Notes: a model not told the origin generated them from the letters alone. 64,000 nucleotides of DNA from an uncultured Pelagibacteraceae bacterium (GCA_902544065.1 CACCAS010000002.1:1517-65516); one strand, 5' to 3'; positions 42,766 to 52,726 are shown, numbered from the stretch's first letter. Numbers and translations: made by a program.

Positions 42766-43553
42766 TACGCTGCTTCTTGTTCTTTATTTTGTTTAATGAC
42801 TTCGTTTGCAAGACTTAAATAAGCCTGACTGCCAGATGCTCTTTGGTCATAAATTAAAGCAGGCATGCCGAATGATGGAGCTTCTGAAACTCTCACATTA
42901 CGAGGTATAATAGTTTCATACACTTGTTCCCTTAAATGATTTCTAACATCTGTTGCAACTTGCGAAGATAATTTGTTTCTGCTGTCGTACATCGTTAACA
43001 CAATGCCATCAATAGATAAACCAGGATTTAGATTCTGTCTTACACGTTCAATTGTTTTGATTAATTGACTAAGACCTTCGAGTGCGAAGAATTCACATTG
43101 CAATGGAACGATAATTGCATTAGCTGTTGTCATTGCCATCACCGTCAACAAACTTAACGCTGGTGGACAATCAATAAAAATAAAATCAAACTCATTTAAT
43201 TTTTCATTTGCGTTAAAAATATTTTTTAATGTGAAAGCACGATCATTAACGTCAGCGAGTTCAGGTTCAATTCCAGATAAATCAACTGTTGAAGGAATTA
43301 AAAAAAGATTATCTATCTCAGTTTTTCTTATGGAATCTGAAATGTTTGCCTGTCCTGCTAATACTTCATAAATAGAATTTTGCCTCTCGCTATAATCTAC
43401 CCCTAAACCAGTGCTTGCATTGCCCTGAGGATCTAGATCAATGATTAATACTTTTTGGCCAGTCGCAGCGAGGGCTGTGGATAAGTTTATAGCTGTGGTT
43501 GTTTTTCCGACCCCCCCTTTTTGGTTTGAAATGGCAATTATTTTTCTTTTCAT
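42765..43553 (-). CDS. parA: chromosome partitioning ATPase ParA
   Basis: 262 aa; deviant Walker A NQKGGVGKTTT. Confidence 0.95.
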   Translation of the reverse strand: MKRKIIAISNQKGGVGKTTTAINLSTALAATGQKVLIIDLDPQGNASTGLGVDYSERQNSIYEVLAGQANISDSIRKTEIDNLFLIPSTVDLSGIEPELADVNDRAFTLKNIFNANEKLNEFDFIFIDCPPALSLLTVMAMTTANAIIVPLQCEFFALEGLSQLIKTIERVRQNLNPGLSIDGIVLTMYDSRNKLSSQVATDVRNHLREQVYETIIPRNVRVSEAPSFGMPALIYDQRASGSQAYLSLANEVIKQNKEQEAA

Positions 43554-43554
43554 G

Positions 43555-44178
43555 CTAAGATGTTGATTTTATTGCATTATTTAGTTCCAAAATATAAGAT
43601 CCCTTTTCAACACTGTTTTCATGAAGTTTATAATTAAATTTCCAACATTTAGTGGCTTCAGTAATCTCATCATCTATATGTATACCTTTATGGAACAGGA
43701 AAGTAGTACTTTTTTTGGATATATTGTAACTTATTGATAATAGGTCATTTAATCGCCCAACTGCTCTTGCTAAAATAACATCAAATTTTTGATTTGTTAC
43801 TTTCTCAGCTTTATGTGGAATCACATAAGTATTTTTTAGTTTTAAAGCATAAATACAATGCTCTAAAAATTCTGCCCTTTTTCTTCGATTTTCGCACAAA
43901 AATATTGAATTTTCACCATTATAAAACAATGATAATGGGATTCCAGGAAGACCTGATCCACTGCCAATGTCAATAATGTTTTGTTTGTTTTCACGAATCA
44001 AATCACTTATTCGCAACGAGTCATAAAAATGTCTGACCCAAAGAAGGTCTTTATCCTTTTTTGATATAAGGCTTTGTCTTTCAGCCAGTATTAGTGTTCT
44101 GTAAGCATCAAGTTTTTTGATTGTTTCACGTGAAACATTACTTTTAAGCTCCATAAGAGCTTCTGGCGAATCCTCCAT
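43555..44178 (-). CDS. rsmG: 16S rRNA (guanine527-N7)-methyltransferase
   Basis: 207 aa; VSRET N-terminal motif, SAM motif IDIGSGSGLPGIPL. Confidence 0.9.
   Translation of the reverse strand: MEDSPEALMELKSNVSRETIKKLDAYRTLILAERQSLISKKDKDLLWVRHFYDSLRISDLIRENKQNIIDIGSGSGLPGIPLSLFYNGENSIFLCENRRKRAEFLEHCIYALKLKNTYVIPHKAEKVTNQKFDVILARAVGRLNDLLSISYNISKKSTTFLFHKGIHIDDEITEATKCWKFNYKLHENSVEKGSYILELNNAIKSTS
44122..44137. promoter_or_regulatory. parS: parS centromere-like site (perfect 16-bp palindrome)
   Basis: TGTTTCACGTGAAACA matches the canonical parS consensus exactly; embedded in rsmG codons N-V-S-R-E-T, about 0.57 kb upstream of the parA start. Confidence 0.8.
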
Positions 44179-44188
44179 AATGAAGATA

Positions 44189-46057
44189 TTAAGCCAGTTT
44201 TTTTATTTTTGCTTGAGTTTTTATGTGAGCCAATATAACCCCTAAAGCTGCAGGAGTCACACCATCTATTCTTGAAGCCTGAGCAATGTTTTTTGGCTTA
44301 ATTCTTGACAATTTTTCCTTAATTTCATTGGATAAGCTCGATAGATCGTCATAATTCATGTTTGAAGGTATCTTTATTTTTTCCTCTTTATTTATTGAAA
44401 TAATCTCACTTTCTTGCTTTTTAAGGTACCCTTTATAGTGAGCTTCAATTGAGACTTGTTCTAATATTTCTTCTGAAAAATCATTTAAATTTATCTTAAA
44501 CATATCGCTTACCGAGTTGATGTCGATATCTGGGTAGGCCAATAGATCAAATGCAGACCTTTTTTTACCATCTTTATTAATCTTTACACCCATTTGTTCA
44601 GCCTTATTTGGTGTAACATATTGATTTTTAACAATATTTAATAAATCATTTAGATTAGTTTTTTTATTGGTAAAATGCTGATATCTATTTTTTGAAACTA
44701 GTCCTAATGTATTGGCAGTTTCTGTGAGCCTTAAATCAGCATTGTCAGCTCTTAATAATAACCTGTATTCTGCCCTAGATGTGAACATTCTATAGGGTTC
44801 TGTCACGCCTTTAAGAGTTAAGTCATCAATCATCACTCCAATATAAGAGTCATTTCTTGAAAAAATATGTTCTTTATTTTGAAGAGATATTGCAGCATTT
44901 AAACCTGCAACCAATCCTTGAGCTGCTGCTTCTTCATATCCAGTTGTGCCATTAATTTGTCCTGCAAGATAAAGGCCATTTATTCTTTTGGTCTCAAGAG
45001 TTTGATAAAGTTCTTGTGGATCAATAAAATCATATTCGATAGCATAACCATGTCTTATAATCTTTGCCTTCTCTAAACCATTGATTTTACTGATAAATTC
45101 GTCTTGTACTTCTGGAGGTAATGAGGTTGATATTCCGTTTGGATATATCAAATCACTATCTAAACCTTCGGGCTCAAGAAAAATCTGATGTCTTAATTTA
45201 TCAGCAAACTTTACAACTTTATCTTCAACAGAGGGGCAATATCGCGGACCTGTACCACTGATTTGACCTGAGTAAATAGCTGATTTTGCTATATTTTTTT
45301 GGATAATGTCATGTACTGATTCATTTGTATGAGTTATGTGACATGGCAATTGCTCGTTATAAGTTTTGTTCGTTAAGAATGAAAAATATGAATGCTTTTC
45401 ATCTGCGTCCTGTTTTTCAAGCCGATTAAAATCAATAGTATTTTTATCAATTCGTGCAGGAGTTCCTGTCTTTAATCTTCCAATATTAAAGCCTGTTTTA
45501 TATAAAGATTTTGCTAAGCCAATTGATGGGGCATCACCGTGCCTACCGGCGGGTATTGTTTTTTCACCCAGGTGAATAAGCCCATTTAAAAATGTGCCTG
45601 TCGTGATAATCACTTTTTTTGTTGAGATCTTTTTTCCACTTTCGCATAAGACGCCGGAAATTTGATTATCCTGATCGAAAATTAAATCTTCGACAGGATC
45701 AAATAAACATTCAAGATTTTCAGTTTGAAGAATCTCCTCTTGCATATATTTTTTATACAATTTCCGATCCGATTGTGCACGAGGCCCCCGTACAGCGGGG
45801 CCTTTTGTAAGGTTTAAGAGCCGATATTGAATACTTGAAAGATCTGCAATTCTTCCCATGATGCCGTCAAGCGCGTCAATTTCTCTTACTAAGTGACCTT
45901 TACCTAGTCCACCAATGGCCGGATTGCATGACATTTCACCAATAGTCTCAAATTTATGGCTGATTAAAAGGGTTTTAGCACCTACTCGTGCGGCAGTTGT
46001 CGCTGCTTCACAACCCGCATGACCACCGCCAATGACGACTACATCAAAGTTAGACAT
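44189..46057 (-). CDS. mnmG: tRNA uridine 5-carboxymethylaminomethyl modification enzyme MnmG
   Basis: 622 aa; FAD motif [11 protein letters not shown], long conserved GidA core. Confidence 0.95.
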   Translation of the reverse strand: MSNFDVVVIGGGHAGCEAATTAARVGAKTLLISHKFETIGEMSCNPAIGGLGKGHLVREIDALDGIMGRIADLSSIQYRLLNLTKGPAVRGPRAQSDRKLYKKYMQEEILQTENLECLFDPVEDLIFDQDNQISGVLCESGKKISTKKVIITTGTFLNGLIHLGEKTIPAGRHGDAPSIGLAKSLYKTGFNIGRLKTGTPARIDKNTIDFNRLEKQDADEKHSYFSFLTNKTYNEQLPCHITHTNESVHDIIQKNIAKSAIYSGQISGTGPRYCPSVEDKVVKFADKLRHQIFLEPEGLDSDLIYPNGISTSLPPEVQDEFISKINGLEKAKIIRHGYAIEYDFIDPQELYQTLETKRINGLYLAGQINGTTGYEEAAAQGLVAGLNAAISLQNKEHIFSRNDSYIGVMIDDLTLKGVTEPYRMFTSRAEYRLLLRADNADLRLTETANTLGLVSKNRYQHFTNKKTNLNDLLNIVKNQYVTPNKAEQMGVKINKDGKKRSAFDLLAYPDIDINSVSDMFKINLNDFSEEILEQVSIEAHYKGYLKKQESEIISINKEEKIKIPSNMNYDDLSSLSNEIKEKLSRIKPKNIAQASRIDGVTPAALGVILAHIKTQAKIKKLA

Positions 46058-46106
46058 GACTAAGTTAAATAAATTAACTCAGCTTAATTGCAATCAATAA
46101 TTTTCG

Positions 46107-47408
46107 TTATTTGCCGATGCAAAAATCTTTGAAAATGACTTCAAGATACTCTTCTACATCGACGTGACCTGTTATTTTTCCAATTTCCTGAATTGCTAAT
46201 CTCAACTCTTCGACCATCAGCTCCGAATTAATTGTCAAATCAATTGTTTTCGCATTCAATAAACTCTGAATAGAATTTTGAACACCTAATATATACCTTG
46301 TCTTCGTTGGAATAGTATCTGAATAACTTCCAAAATTATTTGAGACGTTATCAGAAATTTGTTTGATCAAGTGTTCGATACCATCCCCTGTTGAAACGGA
46401 AATGTTGATGGCTCTATCGTATATTTTATTATCTTTATTATGGAGATCACACTTGTTTAATATAGTTAAGCGTTCATCATGAAAATTTAATTTATTTGGA
46501 TCGTCAAATAATTCAATGACCAGATTTGCTTCGTCGATTTTTTTCTTTGTGATTTCTATTCCTTTTTTTTCAATCTCATCACTTGTCTGTCTCAAACCTG
46601 CTGTATCTGTAAAAACAACCGGAAATCCTGCAATATTCAGCCTTACCTCAAGCGCATCACGCGTAGTTCCTTCTCTGTCAGATACAATTGCGACGTCTCT
46701 GTTTGCTAATAAATTTATGAGACTTGATTTCCCTACATTTGGTGTACCCACAATAGCCACACGATATCCATCTCGCAAAATCTCTCCTTGATTACGTTGA
46801 TTAATATGCTCATTCATCTCAACTAAAAGTTTTTCAATTTTTTTATTTATATTTTTAAGAACATCGTCGGGAATATCTTCCTCAGCAAAATCAATGTCAG
46901 CTTCAAGATAGGCGACGAGTTCAATCAAAGATTTTCTCCAAGATAAATAAAGCTTATTCAATGAGCCGTCCATCTGACTTAAAGCCTGATTGTGTTGCAG
47001 CTCTGTTTGAGCATTGATTAAATCTCCCATAGCTTCGATAGCTGTAAGATCCATCTTATTATTTATAAATGCTCTTTTTGAAAACTCTCCAGGTTCCGCA
47101 AGTCGCAACTGCTTAATTCCTGACAAAGTTTTTAAGAGAAGATCAACTGTTGCTCTTCCACCATGTATATGAAATTCAACCACGTCCTCCCCTGTGAAAC
47201 TTTTTGGCTTAGCGAAGTAAACGGCTAATCCACGATCGATTAAGTTTCCATTTTCAGAATCATAAAAACTAGTCCTTGTTAATACATTGGGATCAAAGTG
47301 ACTCTTGCGAGAAATAGTTTTAAGTGAAGTTAGTGCCAGATGACCGGATACACGAACTACGGCCAGACCTGCAATGCCACTTGCAGTTGATAAAGCAAAA
47401 ATTGTCAT
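46107..47408 (-). CDS. mnmE: tRNA modification GTPase MnmE
   Basis: 433 aa; G1 GTPNVGKSSL, G3 DTAGLR, C-terminal CIGK. Confidence 0.95.
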   Translation of the reverse strand: MTIFALSTASGIAGLAVVRVSGHLALTSLKTISRKSHFDPNVLTRTSFYDSENGNLIDRGLAVYFAKPKSFTGEDVVEFHIHGGRATVDLLLKTLSGIKQLRLAEPGEFSKRAFINNKMDLTAIEAMGDLINAQTELQHNQALSQMDGSLNKLYLSWRKSLIELVAYLEADIDFAEEDIPDDVLKNINKKIEKLLVEMNEHINQRNQGEILRDGYRVAIVGTPNVGKSSLINLLANRDVAIVSDREGTTRDALEVRLNIAGFPVVFTDTAGLRQTSDEIEKKGIEITKKKIDEANLVIELFDDPNKLNFHDERLTILNKCDLHNKDNKIYDRAINISVSTGDGIEHLIKQISDNVSNNFGSYSDTIPTKTRYILGVQNSIQSLLNAKTIDLTINSELMVEELRLAIQEIGKITGHVDVEEYLEVIFKDFCIGK

Positions 47409-47725
47409 TTTTTTATTAATAGATTTTCTACAACTCGATCATTGATCAGATGTTCATTAATAACAAGATCAACATCGCTTTCGGAATTACACGTGTACCA
47501 GATATTATCTGGGTAAATAACCATTGTTGGACCAAACTCACAATGATCAAGGCAGCCCGATGAATTAATTCTAATTTTTTTTTCTGTTACTATTTCTTTT
47601 GTCTTTTTCTTCATGTAGGCCCTGAGTAAGACAGATTTTTTTGAAGCGCAGCAACCTTTTTTGTGACCATCTGGCCTCTGATTGGTGCAGAAAAAAACAT
47701 GTCTTTCAAAAAATTTGTTAGTCAT
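47405..47725 (-). CDS. thioredoxin-like [2Fe-2S] ferredoxin
   Basis: 106 aa; Cys ligand pattern FFCTNQR...GCC...SGCLDHCEFGP; stop overlaps mnmE start by 4 nt. Confidence 0.7.
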   Translation of the reverse strand: MTNKFFERHVFFCTNQRPDGHKKGCCASKKSVLLRAYMKKKTKEIVTEKKIRINSSGCLDHCEFGPTMVIYPDNIWYTCNSESDVDLVINEHLINDRVVENLLIKK

Positions 47726-47756
47726 ATGGAATAAAAATTATAATATTTAAATATAT

Positions 47757-48209
47757 ATGAGTTCTTATGTTTTCAAATCATTGATTGGCAATATAGAGGT
47801 TATCTCAGGTAATAATAAAATTACCGGCGTTAGCCGAACTCGAAAAGCCATTACAAAAACTAAAGATAAACTCTTACTTCGAGCAGCTTTTCAAATTAAC
47901 GCCTATCTAACGCGTAGGCGAAGGTCACTATCTTTTCCAACAAGACAGATGGGAACAAAGTTTCAGAATCGGGTTTGGAACCACTTGAGACAAGTCCCTT
48001 ATGGCCGAACGACAAGCTATGGTCAGATTGCCAAAAAATTAAAGACATCTCCGCGAGCAGTTGGCAGAGCATTGGGAAGAAATAATTTGATGATGACAGT
48101 ACCTTGTCATAGGGTAATTGGCAAAAATGGAGAATTAATTGGATTTACATCAGTTGGTGGCATTAGTACGAAAAAAAGGTTATTGAAACTTGAAAAAAAT
48201 AGTAAGTAA
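47757..48209 (+). CDS. ogt: methylated-DNA--protein-cysteine methyltransferase
   Basis: 150 aa; active site VPCHRVIG, YGQIA helix-turn-helix region. Confidence 0.85.
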   Translation: MSSYVFKSLIGNIEVISGNNKITGVSRTRKAITKTKDKLLLRAAFQINAYLTRRRRSLSFPTRQMGTKFQNRVWNHLRQVPYGRTTSYGQIAKKLKTSPRAVGRALGRNNLMMTVPCHRVIGKNGELIGFTSVGGISTKKRLLKLEKNSK

Positions 48210-48741
48210 AAAAATAAAAAATTCTATAAATACTGTCCCTGACTTTCCTAAAAAAGGAATCATGTTCAGAGATATAACATCCTTAATAAGTAATACGAGA
48301 GTATTTAAGATAGTTATTGACGAGATTATCCAGATAGCTAAAGCAAAGAAAATTAATAAAATTGTAGGCATAGACTCAAGAGGTTTTATTTTTGCTGCTC
48401 CTATTGCCTACAAGATGAACATCCCCCTTATTTTAGTTAGAAAAAAAGGTAAGTTGCCAAGTAGTTCATATAAAGTTAAATACGCTCTTGAGTATGGCTT
48501 CGATATTCTAGAAATTAATAAAGACTCAATAAATAAAACAGATCGAATTATGGTAATAGATGATTTGATTGCAACCGGTGGCACGGCTTTAGCAACTTCG
48601 AAACTTATCTCTAAATCTAGCTCAAAAAAAATTAATTTTGTTTTTGTGATAGAGTTAGAAGACTTACCTGGAGTAGCAAAGATTAAAAAATTAGGACATG
48701 CCGTAAAAACATTATGTAGTTTTAAGGAAGAAGAAAGATGA
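48190..48741 (+). CDS. apt: adenine phosphoribosyltransferase
   Basis: 183 aa; VPDFPKKGIMFRDIT (upstream of the first ATG, so TTG start) and PRPP motif VIDDLIATGGT; overlaps ogt by 20 nt. Confidence 0.9.
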   Translation: MKKIVSKKIKNSINTVPDFPKKGIMFRDITSLISNTRVFKIVIDEIIQIAKAKKINKIVGIDSRGFIFAAPIAYKMNIPLILVRKKGKLPSSSYKVKYALEYGFDILEINKDSINKTDRIMVIDDLIATGGTALATSKLISKSSSKKINFVFVIELEDLPGVAKIKKLGHAVKTLCSFKEEER

Positions 48742-49622
48742 CTGTTAAAATTGGGATCATAGGAGGAAGTGGCTTATATGACTTCGCAGAAATGCAAGAA
48801 AAGAAGTGGCTGCCACGTAATGAAGGGCCATTTGGATTGCCCTCCGATGAGATATTATTTGGAAAAATAAATGAAACTGAAGTGTTTTTCTTACCACGAC
48901 ATGGGAGAAATCATGTTTATTCTCCAACTACAGTCCCCTATAAAGCCAATATTGATGCTCTAAAAAGACTGGGATGCAATGTACTTATTTCAATTTCTGC
49001 AGCGGGATCGCTTCGTGAAGATCTTACTCCAGGAATGTTTGTGATAGTTGATCAATTTATAGATCGTACATTTGCGAGGGAGAAAACTTTTTTTGACAAA
49101 GAAGTAGTAGCTCACGTATCTATGGCTCAGCCTATTTGCACAAGTACTGCAAAAATAGTTATGAAAGCTGCTAAAAGCTTATCAATTAAAACTGTTCTTG
49201 GTGGAACTTACCTCGCGATGGAAGGTCCACAATTTTCTTCCTATGCTGAGTCTCAATTATATCGCAGTTGGGGATGTGATGTTATTGGAATGACAAATAT
49301 GCCTGAAGCAAAATTAGCAAGAGAAGCTGAGATGAGATACACATCTGTTGCTATGGTGACTGATTTTGATTGTTGGCATGAAGCTGAAGGAAATGTAGAG
49401 GTAACAGATATAATTAAAGTATTAAATGAAAACGCATCCAACGCTAAACTTCTCATAAAAGCATTTGTAGAAAATTATAAAAAAGATTACTCACAGGAGA
49501 TTATTGATGGAATTGATAATGTTCTCGACACCGCAATAATAACTCAAAATTTTTCAGAGGAAACTCTTAAAAAATATGGATTAGATGCAATAGCAAGTCG
49601 GATAATTAATGAGGGTAAATAA
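48738..49622 (+). CDS. mtnP: S-methyl-5'-thioadenosine phosphorylase
   Basis: 294 aa; IGIIGGSGLYD, FLPRHGRNH, GMTNMPEAKLAREAE. Confidence 0.85.
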   Translation: MTVKIGIIGGSGLYDFAEMQEKKWLPRNEGPFGLPSDEILFGKINETEVFFLPRHGRNHVYSPTTVPYKANIDALKRLGCNVLISISAAGSLREDLTPGMFVIVDQFIDRTFAREKTFFDKEVVAHVSMAQPICTSTAKIVMKAAKSLSIKTVLGGTYLAMEGPQFSSYAESQLYRSWGCDVIGMTNMPEAKLAREAEMRYTSVAMVTDFDCWHEAEGNVEVTDIIKVLNENASNAKLLIKAFVENYKKDYSQEIIDGIDNVLDTAIITQNFSEETLKKYGLDAIASRIINEGK

Positions 49623-50685
49623 TAAAAGTTATAAATCAATATGGATTGATGATAATGAAAAAATATTCATTATTGATCAAACGTTGCTTCCTTTTGATTT
49701 CAAAATAATAGAATTAAAATCACTTGAAGATGTTATAAATGCTATTGGCAATATGCAAGTTAGAGGGGCGCCTCTTATCGGAGTAACTGCTGCGTTTGGA
49801 ATATATTTAGCCATGCACCAAGGTAATTCTAATATAGATCTAGATAATGCAAAAAAGAAACTGATCGCAACAAGACCTACTGCTATAAACTTAAAATGGG
49901 CCATAAATCAAATTGAAGAAGTTTTATTAAATATTGATCCTAATCACAGGGCAGCAGCTGCATTAAAAATAGCGAAAAAGATGAGTCTTGAGGACGAGAA
50001 AAGTAATGTGAAGATTGGAGAATTTGGATACAAATTAATTGAAAATATTTACAAAAAAAAGAAAGGGACGATCAACATTTTGACTCATTGTAATGCTGGT
50101 TGGCTAGCTACAGTGGACTGGGGAACAGCTACCTCGCCTATATATAAGGCAAGAGACAACAAAATACCCATTCATGTCTGGGTTGATGAAACAAGACCAA
50201 GAAATCAGGGCTCACAATTGACTGCTTGGGAACTTCAGCACGAAGGAATTGATCATACAATAATTCCAGACAATACTGGTGGCCATTTGATGCAAAAGGG
50301 AATGGTTGATATTGTAATTGTTGGGAGCGATAGAACAACTTTTAAAGGAGATGTTTGCAACAAAATCGGTACATATCTTAAAGCATTGGCAGCTAAAGAT
50401 AACAATGTGCCTTTTTATGTTGCTCTTCCATCATCTACTATTGATTGGGAAACTGAAAATAGTGAAAAAATTATTATTGAAGAGAGAAGTGAAGATGAAA
50501 TTCATTATATTCGCGGAAAGGACTTAAATGAAAATATTGTCAATATTCGAATTACCCCTGATAAAAGTAGAGGATCTAACTTTGCATTCGATACTACACC
50601 ATCAAAATATATATCAGGACTAATTACCGAAAATGGAATTTGTTTAGCTACTGAGAATGATATAAGAGATAAGAATGCGAAATAA
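49609..50685 (+). CDS. mtnA: S-methyl-5-thioribose-1-phosphate isomerase
   Basis: 358 aa; MQVRGAPLIGVTAAFG, THCNAG, VGSDRTTFKGDVCNKIGTY (eIF-2B alpha/beta/delta-like family). Confidence 0.85.
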   Translation: MRVNNKSYKSIWIDDNEKIFIIDQTLLPFDFKIIELKSLEDVINAIGNMQVRGAPLIGVTAAFGIYLAMHQGNSNIDLDNAKKKLIATRPTAINLKWAINQIEEVLLNIDPNHRAAAALKIAKKMSLEDEKSNVKIGEFGYKLIENIYKKKKGTINILTHCNAGWLATVDWGTATSPIYKARDNKIPIHVWVDETRPRNQGSQLTAWELQHEGIDHTIIPDNTGGHLMQKGMVDIVIVGSDRTTFKGDVCNKIGTYLKALAAKDNNVPFYVALPSSTIDWETENSEKIIIEERSEDEIHYIRGKDLNENIVNIRITPDKSRGSNFAFDTTPSKYISGLITENGICLATENDIRDKNAK

Positions 50686-52699
50686 TTTTTCAGAAAAGCT
50701 ATTGAACATAACAAAGAAGAAATCAATGAAAACTGGAGCTTCTGAGGATTTAATAGATCGCATATATACGTCAAGGCTGCTAGGACAAAATCCTAATTTG
50801 GTACTTCATGGTGGTGGAAATACATCTGTAAAAAGTAAGAAAAGAGATTTAGATGGAATTTTTCACAACGTTATATTTGTAAAAGGAAGTGGCTCGGACC
50901 TGTCAACCATCCAGGAAAAAGATTTCCCAGCAGTTAAATTGGATCCTTTATATAAAATTATTAGAAGAAAATCTCTATCAGATGAACAAATGGTTAATTA
51001 CTTAAGGAAAAATTTGATTGATGTCACATCACCTAATCCCTCAGTGGAAACTTTAGTGCATGCATCCATCGATAAAAAGTTTGTAGATCATACTCATTCG
51101 AATGCAATTTTAGAAATTACGAATCGAAAAAATGGTTTGTCTTTATGTAAGGAAATTTTTGGAGACGAGATTTCAGTAGTTCCATACGTAATGCCTGGAT
51201 TTATTCTTGCAAAAAAAGTTGACGAAATTTACAAAGAAAATTCAAATGTAAAAGGTCTAATACTTTACAGGCACGGTATTTTTACATTTGGGGATACAGC
51301 CAAAGAATCTTATTCAAGAATGATAAGTTTAGTAACTAAAGCAGAAAAATTCTTAAAAAGCGAAAAGCAAAAAAATTTAAAAAAATTAAGACCCATTAAA
51401 AAACCAATTAAGCCTCATCTTTTATCACCAATAGTTCGTGGCTTGGTTTCAACCGAGACAAGCTACATAGTGAAATTTAGAAGTAATAAAAAAATTCTTG
51501 ATGTTATTAATTCTAAAAACGCAAAGAGTTTTCTTTCAAGGGGAGTGGTAACGCCTGACCACGTTCTGAGGATTAAACCAAAATTTTTGGTCGTTAACAT
51601 TGATGACTGCAAGGATTTATTGTTGATAAAAAAAAGAATTTCTAAAAAAGTTACTGAATTTAAAAATGACTACAAAAAATATTTTAAAAAATATAATAAT
51701 CCGAAACTTAAAAACCAAATGCTAGACCCCGTACCCCAAATCATCGTTGTTCAAAATGTAGGTATATTTTCTATCGGAAAAAGCTCAAAAAATGCATTAA
51801 TAAATGGTGATGTCGCTGAAATGGCAATCAAGACAATCGGCAATTTAGAAAAGAAAACTTCATTCGAAAGTATATCACACAAAGATATTTTTGATGTTGA
51901 ATATTGGAGTCTTGAACAAGCAAAATTAAACAAAACTTCATTACCACTATCAGGCAAAGTATCTTTAATTACGGGAGGAACGGGTACTCTTGGTCTAGCC
52001 ATTGCAGAAAAATTTAGGAATATGGGTTCTGAGGTGATCCTACTTGATGTTAACAAAAAACAACTTGAAGACCAAAATCTTAAGAAAAAGTTTAGCTTGT
52101 ACTTTTGTGATGTTACGAAAAGAGAAAATTTTAAAAAAGTCTTAAATCATGTTTGCTTAGATTATGGTGGACTTGATTTCGTTATCTCTAATGCTGGAAA
52201 CGCTCATCAAAGTGAAATTGCAAAACTAAATGACTCAGCGCTAAAGAAGAGTTTTGAATTAAATTTTTTTGCACACCAAATTGTTGCTTCAGAGAGTGTT
52301 GAACTAATGAGAATGCAAAATATTGGTGGTTGTCTTTTATTCAATATATCGAAGCAAGCAATTAATCCTGGAAAAGATTTTGGCGCATATGGCACATCCA
52401 AGGCAGCCTTGCTAGCCTTGTGCAAACAATATGCCTTAGAGTATGGAGGTATCAATATTCGATCTAACGGGGTAAACGCTGACAGAATAGAAAGTGGGCT
52501 ATTGACAAAAACTATGATTGACAAAAGATCTAAATCAAGAAAAATCACATCGGATGAATATTTACAAAGCAATTTGCTCAAAAAGAAGGTTCTGGCAGAG
52601 GACGTAGCAGAAGCTTTTTACAATTTATCAATTTCAAATAAAACAACTGCCGCTATTTTAACAGTTGATGGTGGCAATATTGAAGCCTCACTGAGATAG
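50675..52699 (+). CDS. bifunctional class II aldolase/adducin-domain protein fused to a short-chain dehydrogenase
   Basis: 674 aa; N-terminal aldolase-II metal motif VDHTHS; C-terminal SDR motifs ITGGTGTLGLAIA, SNAG, YGTSKAAL; overlaps mtnA by 11 nt. Confidence 0.8.
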   Translation: MRNNFSEKLLNITKKKSMKTGASEDLIDRIYTSRLLGQNPNLVLHGGGNTSVKSKKRDLDGIFHNVIFVKGSGSDLSTIQEKDFPAVKLDPLYKIIRRKSLSDEQMVNYLRKNLIDVTSPNPSVETLVHASIDKKFVDHTHSNAILEITNRKNGLSLCKEIFGDEISVVPYVMPGFILAKKVDEIYKENSNVKGLILYRHGIFTFGDTAKESYSRMISLVTKAEKFLKSEKQKNLKKLRPIKKPIKPHLLSPIVRGLVSTETSYIVKFRSNKKILDVINSKNAKSFLSRGVVTPDHVLRIKPKFLVVNIDDCKDLLLIKKRISKKVTEFKNDYKKYFKKYNNPKLKNQMLDPVPQIIVVQNVGIFSIGKSSKNALINGDVAEMAIKTIGNLEKKTSFESISHKDIFDVEYWSLEQAKLNKTSLPLSGKVSLITGGTGTLGLAIAEKFRNMGSEVILLDVNKKQLEDQNLKKKFSLYFCDVTKRENFKKVLNHVCLDYGGLDFVISNAGNAHQSEIAKLNDSALKKSFELNFFAHQIVASESVELMRMQNIGGCLLFNISKQAINPGKDFGAYGTSKAALLALCKQYALEYGGINIRSNGVNADRIESGLLTKTMIDKRSKSRKITSDEYLQSNLLKKKVLAEDVAEAFYNLSISNKTTAAILTVDGGNIEASLR

Positions 52700-52726
52700 C
52701 TAGTTATTATCGATCTTGTATAAAAG

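Noticed and set aside
43476-43484. Perfect consensus DnaA boxes inside coding regions (TGTGGATAA in parA at 43476-43484; TTATCCACA in the sulfotransferase gene at 39722-39730)
   Set aside because: They are isolated single boxes inside ORFs. About one perfect box is expected by chance in 64 kb of this composition. There is no clustering or adjacent AT-rich unwinding element.
50675-52699. Annotating the aldolase::SDR fusion simply as rhamnulose-1-phosphate aldolase/lactaldehyde dehydrogenase (rhamnose catabolism)
   Set aside because: No rhamnose isomerase, kinase, mutarotase or transporter is present in the window, and the gene is translationally coupled to mtnA. The generic bifunctional call is kept, and the alternative substrate is flagged as a hypothesis instead.
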